NCBI GenBank assembly: GCA_900547565.1
Contig: URHI01000002.1
Span: 793-64,792, forward strand
DNA from: an uncultured Eubacteriales bacterium
GTDB taxonomy: Bacteria > Bacillota > Clostridia > Oscillospirales > CAG-272
Reading direction: 5' to 3'
DNA length: 64,000 nt
Shown: piece by piece, positions 35,495-43,151 of the stretch
How the letters are laid out: the number at the start of each line of letters is the position of its first letter
Numbering within the stretch: position 1 is the stretch's first letter
Position numbers and translations under genes: made by a program
Notes under the pieces: model-generated
Seen by the model: the letters and a program-made list of their open reading frames with translations, nothing else
Told to the model about the DNA's origin: nothing
Databases searched by the model: none

Positions 35495-35904
35495 TAAAAA
35501 GGTATCTTCGGTAAATATACTTCGCTATTAACAGTTGTTGTTTCCGCCGGAACGGTGGTTTCCGCAGTCACGGGTGTTGTTTCCGGTGGAACTGTGGTCT
35601 CCGCAGTCACGGGTGTTGTTTCCGGTGGAACGGTGGCTTCTTCTGTCACAGCTGTTGTTTCCGCCGGAACGGTGGTCTCCGGTTGAGAAATTTCCCCGGT
35701 TGTTGACGTTGAATCAAAAGGTATTTTCGGCAATTCAACTTCACTGTTATCCGCGGTATATTCCGATACATCCGATGTCTCCTGCTGATCGCGTATTGAA
35801 TCATCGGATATATCATTGCCGGACTTGGAGCACGATGACACAAAAAGTATTGAAACGGCAACTGTTATTGCAAAAACGGTTATTTTAAATGGAGAATTTT
35901 TCAT
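35494..35904 (-). CDS. Repeat-containing lipoprotein that ends in a duplicated NSEV[EY]LPKIPF motif
   Basis: ATG 35904 (MKNSPFKITVFAITVAVSILFVSSCSK, with a lipobox). ETT(V/P)P-rich 13-aa repeats. The motif NSEVELPKIPF occurs at residues ~53-63 and NSEVYLPKIPF forms the exact C-terminus. Confidence 0.7.
   Translation of the reverse strand: MKNSPFKITVFAITVAVSILFVSSCSKSGNDISDDSIRDQQETSDVSEYTADNSEVELPKIPFDSTSTTGEISQPETTVPAETTAVTEEATVPPETTPVTAETTVPPETTPVTAETTVPAETTTVNSEVYLPKIPF
35533..35680 (-). repeat. 39-nt in-frame tandem repeats (two full copies plus two partial copies)
   Basis: ccgcagtcacgggtgttgtttccggtggaac[t/g]gtgg… at 35562..35600 and 35601..35639, with diverged flanking copies. Confidence 0.85.
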
Positions 35905-36053
35905 CAAAATTCATCAAAAACGCCGCTAAAACCGCCCAAACCGCTTGTGTAAATATCGGTAGAAACAATTTCAAACTCGATAATTTCTATCTCGGGTTGT
36001 ATAAATTGTTCTTTCTTGACGATATTATTATGTTCATTGTTCTTGTTTACCAT
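35904..36053 (-). CDS. Untracked 49-codon ORF: candidate RiPP-type precursor peptide
   Basis: Hand translation gives MVNKNNEHNNIVKKEQFIQPEIEIIEFEIVSTDIYTSGLGGFSGVFDEF. It starts 13 nt after the stop of the 943-aa gene. Its TGA overlaps the ATG of the lipoprotein gene (TGATG). It contains F-x2-P-x-I-x3-E-x5-T-x, resembling the Y-x2-P-x-L-x3-G-x5-T-x leader motif bound by PqqD-type RREs. The SD is weak. Confidence 0.4.
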   Translation of the reverse strand: MVNKNNEHNNIVKKEQFIQPEIEIIEFEIVSTDIYTSGLGGFSGVFDEF

Positions 36054-36066
36054 ATTATACCCTGCC

Positions 36067-38898
36067 TTATTTGTTGTTGAATTCTACGGCAGACACACCG
36101 TAATTATATGCAGCTCTTGCAAGCGCTTTCATAGTGGCATTTTCGCTGTTCTGCATCGCATATACATAAGAGTTAACACTATAGGTGACAATGGCACCTG
36201 CAACATCATCTGTGTAAATCGTTGCAGTGTAAACTGTATCAAATGCCGTTGCGTATATGCCATCGGTCATTACAGTATATTGGTTCTCACCGGCCGGGGT
36301 AAACGAAGTATAATATACTTCAGCCCCGTCGCCCGCTTTGATACCCACCTTGACATTGGCTGTATCGGCGGCGGTGAATCTGAATATCAACTTATTTACG
36401 CTATCAAACCAAAGGCTCATACCGGTGAATTTCACCGCGCCGTAATTGTTTGCAACCGTTTTGGCTGTAGACATAAGTTCCGAAAAATCGCTTCCGGTGA
36501 TGCCGTCGGATACAAGATCACCCGTGTTATGTCCAATGTAGGTCTGTGCCGCGCCGCCGTAAACGAGCAGGTCTTTGATCAGTTTAACCATAGCGGTGTA
36601 TTTTTCCTCGGAATATCCGAGTTCTTCCGCCGTCATGCCGCTCAGAGTTTCAAGATATGTTTTTACCGTATAAGTTTTGATGTTCAATACGGTGCCGCCT
36701 TTGATGATCTCAGCTGTTATCGTATCGCCGATACACTGCGGTGCAACACCCGTATAAACGAATTTATATGTAGAACCTTCGACCGGCGTTCCCGATACGG
36801 TCTTGCTGACGCCGTTCATAGTAAAGCGCATTTCCGCATCCTCATAGCCTTCGGGCAGTGTTGCGTAGTAATTGACTGTAATGTCTGTGCCGAGAGATAC
36901 GCTGACTTCGGAGAATGCTCCCGCAACGGATTCCAGTATAACGACATCGGAAAACTCCGTGATCTCAAACACAACATATGTGTTGCCGCTTCCGTCATAG
37001 ATCATGGAGAATGTTTTTTCGCCGTTTTGTGCTTCTTCGGAACTTTCATGATAGAAGATCTCCAGTGTTCCGTCCTGCTTTTCATGAATGATCTTATACG
37101 GGTTCAAGGAGCCGACAAACAGGGTAACCGTCATCGGAGAACCGTCGAAGTCCTCGTCCGAAAGCGGGAAGGATGTGTCGGTTCCGACAACGTTCATGGT
37201 GGGAGAAAGCGAAACTCTCATACTTCCGCCTTCGTTCTTGCTTTCGTCGGGAGAATATCCCTTGACAGTAACCGCAACATTCACATTCAGTTTTACATCG
37301 GTTGAGCCGGTAATGCGGCTGACATAACTGTCAATCGCACTTTGCTTCATTGCGGAGGTTACGCCGGTAACGGTGGTGCCTGCTTCTGCTTCCGCTCCGC
37401 TTTCAGCGTATTCGGTATAATCGGTCGTTGATTTTCCGTTGATCAGCTGATAACTGACATCGTTTACCGTACCGATGTCAACAAGGCGGTAAAGATATAC
37501 TTTACCCACAGTGCTATATGACTCATTGGAGGAATAGTCGCACATGGTGAATATTTTATCGCCGATTACTTCACCGTTATCTCTGCGGTAGGAGCGGAAG
37601 AAGTAATCCGGATCATATGCGGAGTTTATTTTCACGCTTCCGTCTTCGTTAAGACCGATATAATATCCGTATTTAGCCGAGCCGCTGCTGTATGTATCCC
37701 AATAAAATGAGCCTTCATAGTCGGGAGCAAGCTCCGCCTGAAGCTTATTGAATGAAGATATGATCCCGTATCTTATTCCGTTTCCCCATTCGGTGCAACC
37801 GGCGGCAAATCTCAGTTCAAAGTTTGCACATTTCTTAGCGCTTTGAAATGCAATCTTGCCGTCCGTCACGGTCACCGGTGCAGCCGGAAAATCACAACCG
37901 TACTGATTGGTGCCGACTGCCATGGCATAGCTGTCGGAAACAAGAATATATTCGCCGCCCGCGACGATCTCATCTTCCGAGGTGACAAGGGAATATACGG
38001 ATATATTTCTTCCGCAACTGTCGCACTTTTTGTCGCCGTCTGCGTCGTCGCATCCGAGTTTCGCCAGCGTATCTGCGCTTGTGTACGTTACACCAAATTC
38101 GTCTGCATAATAGGAAGTACAATCCGGGCAGAAGTAGTAGGCGTTTGTTCCGGTTTTGTTGCAGGAAGGTGACACCTCTGCATGGTATTCCATATTCGCA
38201 TGGTCACAGCATTCATACGTATAGATGCGATACGCGGTAACGAAGGTGTCGGTCGAAGTGAAATCTTCGTAGATTGGGCAGGTTGTAAAATACGGATCAT
38301 CACCGTTTTCCGGAATACGCAATGCGATGTCTGCATAATAACCGGAAATGTATGGATTTCCGCTTTCGTCCGTATAGAGGTCCCATTCCTTTGCGCCGCT
38401 TTCATCGGTAACTGTCAGTCCAAGCGACTCACCACGTTTCTTTTCCTCGTTATATACGACGGATTCACCTATATAGGCGTCCTCGCCTGAATAATTGATC
38501 CCCGGCAATTTCAGTTTTACATAATACGTACTGTCTGTCTGGTTGCGGACGACCGGCGCTACCTTGTCTGCCGGTACACGCAGATAATCATAAAAATCGC
38601 CTGCTTCGGCAGAACCGCCGGTCAGTCTCTCCGCAGGAATCGCCGAGAAGCCATACAGAGCCTCATTATATTCATTGCCCATGACATAAATATGCTCGAT
38701 TCCTTCTGAATCGGTATACGACGCGCTGATCAGCTCGTTTCTTTCACCCGGCCAGTATGCCCCTATCGTTTTTGAAAAACGCCTGTACACGGTTCCCGCT
38801 TCGGGTTCTGTTGCCGACGCGCCGAGCGGTAATAAAAGCAGCAACATTACGGTTGCCAGCAGCATTGAGATGACGCGCCTTGAAAACTTGTTTTTCAT
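36067..38898 (-). CDS. 943-aa secreted protein of unknown function
   Basis: Signal peptide …LLLLPLGASATEPEAG and a GGAGG SD. Contains a Cys-knuckle module (SPSCNKTGTNAYYFCPDC…CDDADGDKKCDSCG). I recognised no catalytic motif. Confidence 0.8.
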   Translation of the reverse strand: MKNKFSRRVISMLLATVMLLLLLPLGASATEPEAGTVYRRFSKTIGAYWPGERNELISASYTDSEGIEHIYVMGNEYNEALYGFSAIPAERLTGGSAEAGDFYDYLRVPADKVAPVVRNQTDSTYYVKLKLPGINYSGEDAYIGESVVYNEEKKRGESLGLTVTDESGAKEWDLYTDESGNPYISGYYADIALRIPENGDDPYFTTCPIYEDFTSTDTFVTAYRIYTYECCDHANMEYHAEVSPSCNKTGTNAYYFCPDCTSYYADEFGVTYTSADTLAKLGCDDADGDKKCDSCGRNISVYSLVTSEDEIVAGGEYILVSDSYAMAVGTNQYGCDFPAAPVTVTDGKIAFQSAKKCANFELRFAAGCTEWGNGIRYGIISSFNKLQAELAPDYEGSFYWDTYSSGSAKYGYYIGLNEDGSVKINSAYDPDYFFRSYRRDNGEVIGDKIFTMCDYSSNESYSTVGKVYLYRLVDIGTVNDVSYQLINGKSTTDYTEYAESGAEAEAGTTVTGVTSAMKQSAIDSYVSRITGSTDVKLNVNVAVTVKGYSPDESKNEGGSMRVSLSPTMNVVGTDTSFPLSDEDFDGSPMTVTLFVGSLNPYKIIHEKQDGTLEIFYHESSEEAQNGEKTFSMIYDGSGNTYVVFEITEFSDVVILESVAGAFSEVSVSLGTDITVNYYATLPEGYEDAEMRFTMNGVSKTVSGTPVEGSTYKFVYTGVAPQCIGDTITAEIIKGGTVLNIKTYTVKTYLETLSGMTAEELGYSEEKYTAMVKLIKDLLVYGGAAQTYIGHNTGDLVSDGITGSDFSELMSTAKTVANNYGAVKFTGMSLWFDSVNKLIFRFTAADTANVKVGIKAGDGAEVYYTSFTPAGENQYTVMTDGIYATAFDTVYTATIYTDDVAGAIVTYSVNSYVYAMQNSENATMKALARAAYNYGVSAVEFNNK

Positions 38899-39024
38899 CT
38901 GTTACCTCCGATGAATATTTGATTCTTAAAGAGTGTAGGTTAACGCTGTCAGATTAGCGATTGAGATATATACGCAGAATCGCAATTATATTTAGAATAT
39001 TATACCTTATTTGATCTCAAAATA

Positions 39025-39044
39025 CACTACCCATATGGGTAGTG
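39025..39044. promoter_or_regulatory. Perfect 20-bp palindrome containing inverted NarL-type heptamers; candidate response-regulator site
   Basis: cacTACCCATATGGGTAgtg. TACCCAT fits the NarL heptamer TACYYMT. It abuts a poor -35 region 17 nt upstream of a TATAAT box (39004..38999, reverse strand) and lies ~130 nt upstream of the 943-aa gene. Confidence 0.5.
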
Positions 39045-39054
39045 CGGAAAATTT

Positions 39055-39090
39055 TTATAAAAAAGCGCCCGGATCTTCATCCGGACGCGC
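39055..39090 (-). terminator. Intrinsic terminator after the response-regulator gene
   Basis: Reverse strand: gcgtccggat-gaag-atccgggcgc (one mismatch), followed by TTTTTT. Confidence 0.6.
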
Positions 39091-39107
39091 ATGAATATGT
39101 ATTTCAA

Positions 39108-39731
39108 TCAAAAACCGTTGACGATCAGTTTTTTGCTGACCACACCCGCCGCAAGCTTTGTCTTTGAAGTGAACCCCGTTTTGGACAGCATACTGCTGAT
39201 ATGTGCTTTGACACCGTCGGTTGTTATATTGAGCTTTTCTGCCATTTGTTTATATGTCATACCCTCCACAAGCAATCGCAGTACGCGTATCTCGGCTTCG
39301 GAAAACGCATAACTGGTCGTATTTCCGAGCTTTACCTCCGGCGCTTTGTCCGGAAAGACCGATTCGCCTGCCATCGTCCGGTCGATCACGGTCATAAGCT
39401 CCTCGCAGCTGACATCCTTGAACCAGATGCTGTCTGCGCCGACTTGCTTCGCACGATCAATATAGCTGTAATCAAGCATGGAGGTCACAATAATTATCTT
39501 GATACCGGGATAATGTGCTTTTATCCTTTTCGCGGCTTCAAAGCCGCTCTCGTCGTTCTCCGTGCAGATATCCATCAGTATCAGATCAATAGAATGTACG
39601 GAGCAGCTCATTTCCGCAAGCCCTGCGTTGGCTATTGATAAAGCAAGCGAATACTTATTGCTTTGATTGATATAGTGTTCCATGCTCTCACGCGCCAGGC
39701 GCTGATCTTCCACGATCATAACTTTTATCAT
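39108..39731 (-). CDS. NarL/LuxR-family response regulator (REC plus HTH_LuxR)
   Basis: MIKVMIVEDQRL…DLILMDI… is the REC domain. The C-terminal …FSEAEIRVLRLLVEGMTYKQMAEKLNITTDGVKAHISSMLSK is the LuxR HTH. Confidence 0.9.
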   Translation of the reverse strand: MIKVMIVEDQRLARESMEHYINQSNKYSLALSIANAGLAEMSCSVHSIDLILMDICTENDESGFEAAKRIKAHYPGIKIIIVTSMLDYSYIDRAKQVGADSIWFKDVSCEELMTVIDRTMAGESVFPDKAPEVKLGNTTSYAFSEAEIRVLRLLVEGMTYKQMAEKLNITTDGVKAHISSMLSKTGFTSKTKLAAGVVSKKLIVNGF

Positions 39732-40699
39732 TGCAATTCCTCCGTGATCTCGGGTACCATAACCGTTAGTTCAAAGCGCGGGTAACTTGTGACTGTCATG
39801 CTACCGCCCGCTTTTTCGATACGCGACCGCAGAGTGGAAAGTCCACCACCCTCTACGATCTCACCGTCCGGCGCATTGCCGTTATTGCGGATGATCGCCG
39901 AGCAGAAACGGTCACAGCTCTTAAGCTTCACATATAGCTCGGTACTTTTCGCATGGCGCGCCGCATTTGTCACACATTCACGCATTGCGGTTATCAAATG
40001 ATAAGCCGAAGCCTTGTTTTGCGGCAGGTTGCCTTCCAAAATGATTCTGATCCCGATCTCATTCGCGGCGTCCTTAAGCTGTGTAAGCGCGTCACGGTCA
40101 TCGTCGCTTTCGCTGTCGTGACGAAGCAGATGAACCGCATGTTTCCATGCCGTCAAGTCCAGTTCATCGGTCGGATAATGTCCGGTCAGCAGCCTCCTTG
40201 CCGCAATTACACTTCGGCCGATGTCGTCGTGGATGCGCATTTTCATATTCAATACTTCTTCTTCGCGGATCAGCGCCGCTACGTTGGCGGAAAGCCGGCG
40301 TAAGCGTTCCCCGACTTGTTGCAGCTGACGGTTCTTTTGCTGCAATTCCGTCTTACGACGATACAACTCAGTTACATCTGATGCTGTAATCTCAGTATAA
40401 ATGTTTTTGTACTTATCGGTGATGGTTTTTTCATTGAATTGCCAGATATCGCCGCTGTCCATAACAAACAGCGTTCCTTCACGAACGGCATGCTGCGGTG
40501 TGCCGTGCATAACCTCGCGCAATTCATCAACCGCTTGCAGATCTCTCCCGGTCAACTCAAAAACAAGCCGGTACATTTGACGGTTACAAAGCGTTACTGC
40601 GCCGTTCTGATTGAAAAAGCAGATCCCGCTCGGAAGGTTATCAAAAGCTTGCTTAGTCATGCGTTTCAGTGAAGGTTGAATTATCCGAAGCGATCTCAT
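39728..40699 (-). CDS. Cytoplasmic PAS-containing sensor histidine kinase (HisKA_3 type)
   Basis: No TM segment. The PAS-like N-terminus is followed by a coiled coil. H-box MRIHDDIGRS. The HATPase_c region is …ECVTNAARHA…NNGNAP…GGGLSTLRSRIEKAGG. Confidence 0.85.
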   Translation of the reverse strand: MRSLRIIQPSLKRMTKQAFDNLPSGICFFNQNGAVTLCNRQMYRLVFELTGRDLQAVDELREVMHGTPQHAVREGTLFVMDSGDIWQFNEKTITDKYKNIYTEITASDVTELYRRKTELQQKNRQLQQVGERLRRLSANVAALIREEEVLNMKMRIHDDIGRSVIAARRLLTGHYPTDELDLTAWKHAVHLLRHDSESDDDRDALTQLKDAANEIGIRIILEGNLPQNKASAYHLITAMRECVTNAARHAKSTELYVKLKSCDRFCSAIIRNNGNAPDGEIVEGGGLSTLRSRIEKAGGSMTVTSYPRFELTVMVPEITEELQ

Positions 40700-42345
40700 T
40701 CCGATTCACCTCCGATATACGCAGTGATCTGCCATTCGCCGTCCTCATCCTGTGAAACCTTCATAAAGTCGGACGAAAGCCGGTTGACATCAGCATCAGC
40801 GTCCGTGTTCACCGTCATCTGAAGTCCCGCACGCTTTCTTGTAATCAAAACGATGATTGCCTGCATTTTATCAAGTGCGCACTCGACGATATTTTCAAAC
40901 ACATCATACAGCTTCATTACACATTCAGCCGGGACAGCTCCATCTATATCCGAGTGAAAGCCGCAGGAAATTCCGTACAACTCCATGTTATCAAGCGATT
41001 CCCTGAATGTCAGGGCGATCTCTCCGGCATCAAGCAGCGGTTCCTTATCCGCAAGAAGTATCAGGTTGCTTTTTCGTTTGAGATATGCGCCGATCACAAC
41101 CATTTTTCCGAGCAGCCTGCGCTTTTCGTCCTCACTTTCCGAAGCGTCAAACCGGTCTGTCAACTCAGTTAAAAGTTTGATCTGCCCCTCTGTCTGCTTC
41201 TGGATCAGGTCGTACAGTCTGTCCTGCTCGGCAACATGTGCTTCTTTGACCTTCAGGGCATATTCCTCGCGGATCAGATCGTTCTCGTCTGCAAGATATT
41301 CGTTTGTGTCGTGAAGCTCATCAAGAACCGCCAGCAGCTCCGAGACATTGTCTGTCCAGAGCACGTGCCCGCCGGAAATTTCCTTTCCGGATAACCTTAG
41401 CCCACCGTCGAGCAGAACACTTCCGTTTTCCGCCTGACGCAGAGTGTCCGGTGTAACATCCACGGCTACGGCAGATGACAATCGGGGGGTGTAATCGTTA
41501 TCGGTTACCCATACACCTGTTGAACATGCGGTCAGAAGTTCTGTGTAGTGTGTGTTTGACTGAATCAAACCACAGGCGATGAAGCTCTCGAAAATGATGA
41601 TGAACAGCACACAGTACGTTATGGTGATGTCGGCGGCATAATACAATACGGCCGGTATCTGCATCGCATATAATGCCGAATACACAATTGCTATCGCCAT
41701 CGGAATAACCGGCATCCACAGATACCGTTTACTCCTCGGGAGCCTGCATTTTACGAGCATGATGGCAAATGCCGCAAGCGTGTTCAGAACGATGTATCCG
41801 AAAACAATATAATAACCGAACCCGTAGCTGTACTGATCGTCCGTCCATACTGTCGAATTTGCGGGAAATTCAAAAACATGCATATGCAGATCATTTGTCA
41901 TTACCATTGCAAACAGTAAAACAGCCGGAACAAGTAACAGCAATGTTCGCTTAGGAAGCCGATAGAATTCCGGCTTTCCGAGTGAAAGTGCCGCAAATAC
42001 AGCGAGGACCGGGATGAACAAAAGCGGCAGATAGTACAAATACCACATATAGCGTACAACATTCAGGTTCGACTCAATATTATATTTCAAGGTTCTGAAT
42101 AATAGCCATAAAATCATTAAGACAGCGACAGAAGACAGGTATTTCCGCACCTCCACCTGAATGATGCGAGCACGCAAAGATATATACCATGCAGAAAACA
42201 GCGATAAATAAATGAAACTTCTTATGTATCCGCATACAGCGGGAGTGTATGCACAGATGTGCGGCAACCGGCACAGATATGCTACGATCACCAACAATGA
42301 AACTATGATAATATTGCGGGCAATATATTTATTCACCTTTATCAT
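40696..42345 (-). CDS. Polytopic membrane sensor-like protein with a degenerate kinase-like C-terminal domain
   Basis: Start moved to ATG 42345 (MIKVNKY…), 5 nt after GGAGGG. It has ~7-8 TM helices, then a coiled coil and an ATPase-lid-like tail (…VFENIVECALDKM…) with no clear H-box. Its stop overlaps the kinase start. Confidence 0.65.
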   Translation of the reverse strand: MIKVNKYIARNIIIVSLLVIVAYLCRLPHICAYTPAVCGYIRSFIYLSLFSAWYISLRARIIQVEVRKYLSSVAVLMILWLLFRTLKYNIESNLNVVRYMWYLYYLPLLFIPVLAVFAALSLGKPEFYRLPKRTLLLLVPAVLLFAMVMTNDLHMHVFEFPANSTVWTDDQYSYGFGYYIVFGYIVLNTLAAFAIMLVKCRLPRSKRYLWMPVIPMAIAIVYSALYAMQIPAVLYYAADITITYCVLFIIIFESFIACGLIQSNTHYTELLTACSTGVWVTDNDYTPRLSSAVAVDVTPDTLRQAENGSVLLDGGLRLSGKEISGGHVLWTDNVSELLAVLDELHDTNEYLADENDLIREEYALKVKEAHVAEQDRLYDLIQKQTEGQIKLLTELTDRFDASESEDEKRRLLGKMVVIGAYLKRKSNLILLADKEPLLDAGEIALTFRESLDNMELYGISCGFHSDIDGAVPAECVMKLYDVFENIVECALDKMQAIIVLITRKRAGLQMTVNTDADADVNRLSSDFMKVSQDEDGEWQITAYIGGESE

Positions 42346-42661
42346 ACATGCCCTCCGTAATAGCCGCAAAAATAAACTTTATTTTACCTCAAAGCAAAAA
42401 AACTTGCTTGAAAAGCATTTTTGCGAGACCGTCATTGCCGCAGGTGCGCAGAGTGCACACAGGGCGAAGCCCAAAGACTTGCGCATGAAGTCTTTCTGCG
42501 GGTATTATATCATAAAATCAGCATTATTTCAAGTTAAGGGCTTTAATTATAGGCAAACATAACACATCAGAACAAAAAATCAGGATCATGCCTCCGCACT
42601 CCGGCTGATTTTCCCTGATGTCGTACAGCCGTTCTGCCGTCACTGTGGCAGAATGCAGGGT

Positions 42662-43081
42662 TTATGAAAATCTGATCTTCATATCCTGCAACATATCTAA
42701 TACCTTGCAGGCGTTTTTCCACGCCTCGGATAAGGAAATGATCAGCCTGTCGCAGACAGAAATAATATCAGCTGATTGTTTGGGTGTATTCAAGGTCGCC
42801 CGGACATCTGTATCGGGATTTTGGGATAATTGCCGTAACAGTCGCAGGATGGCTTCCAGCGAATAATTTGCGCACCGCAAGGAACGAATGATCTTCAACC
42901 GTCTGATATCTTCATCAGTATATACGCGATAACCGTTGTTTTTTCTCTTATCAGTAAACACGCGATAGCCGTTTGCCCGCCGTTCGGGCTTGGGGATGAG
43001 TTTTAACTCCTCATACAGTCGTACTGTATTGGGATGTATGCCGATCATTTGGGCAACCTGTGCAGTTTTATAGGTTGTCAA
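42662..43081 (-). CDS. MerR-family transcriptional regulator with an internal 12-aa duplication
   Basis: MTTYKTAQVAQMIGIHPNTVRLYEE… is the MerR HTH. NGYRVFTDKRKN / NGYRVYTDEDIR is duplicated. Confidence 0.9.
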   Translation of the reverse strand: MTTYKTAQVAQMIGIHPNTVRLYEELKLIPKPERRANGYRVFTDKRKNNGYRVYTDEDIRRLKIIRSLRCANYSLEAILRLLRQLSQNPDTDVRATLNTPKQSADIISVCDRLIISLSEAWKNACKVLDMLQDMKIRFS

Positions 43082-43151
43082 AGATCATCACCTCTCTTCC
43101 CTTCGCTGATATGCTGATATCATTATAGCGCAATGAAAAGGTATGATGTGA

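Noticed and set aside
32990-36053. Calling the PqqD/HprK-like/nucleotidyltransferase cassette a lasso-peptide gene cluster.
   Set aside because: No Asn-synthetase-like lasso cyclase and no transglutaminase-like B2 protease exist anywhere in the window. The candidate core also lacks a ring-forming Asp/Glu at positions 7-9. Only the accessory-enzyme set and the leader motif are lasso-like.
36016-37305. Long antisense ORFs in the track. Examples: 36016..37305 (429 aa), 20856..21974 (372 aa), 24112..25290 (392 aa), 6185..7117 (310 aa), 12664..13488, 3204..4028, 4125..4853, 46062..46850, 8134..8709, 10010..10555, 94..705.
   Set aside because: Each lies entirely opposite a gene with strong family motifs and a good SD. 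Their translations are low-complexity or Arg/Cys/His-rich with no motif, no SD and no signal of selection. They are shadow ORFs typical of moderately GC-rich coding DNA.
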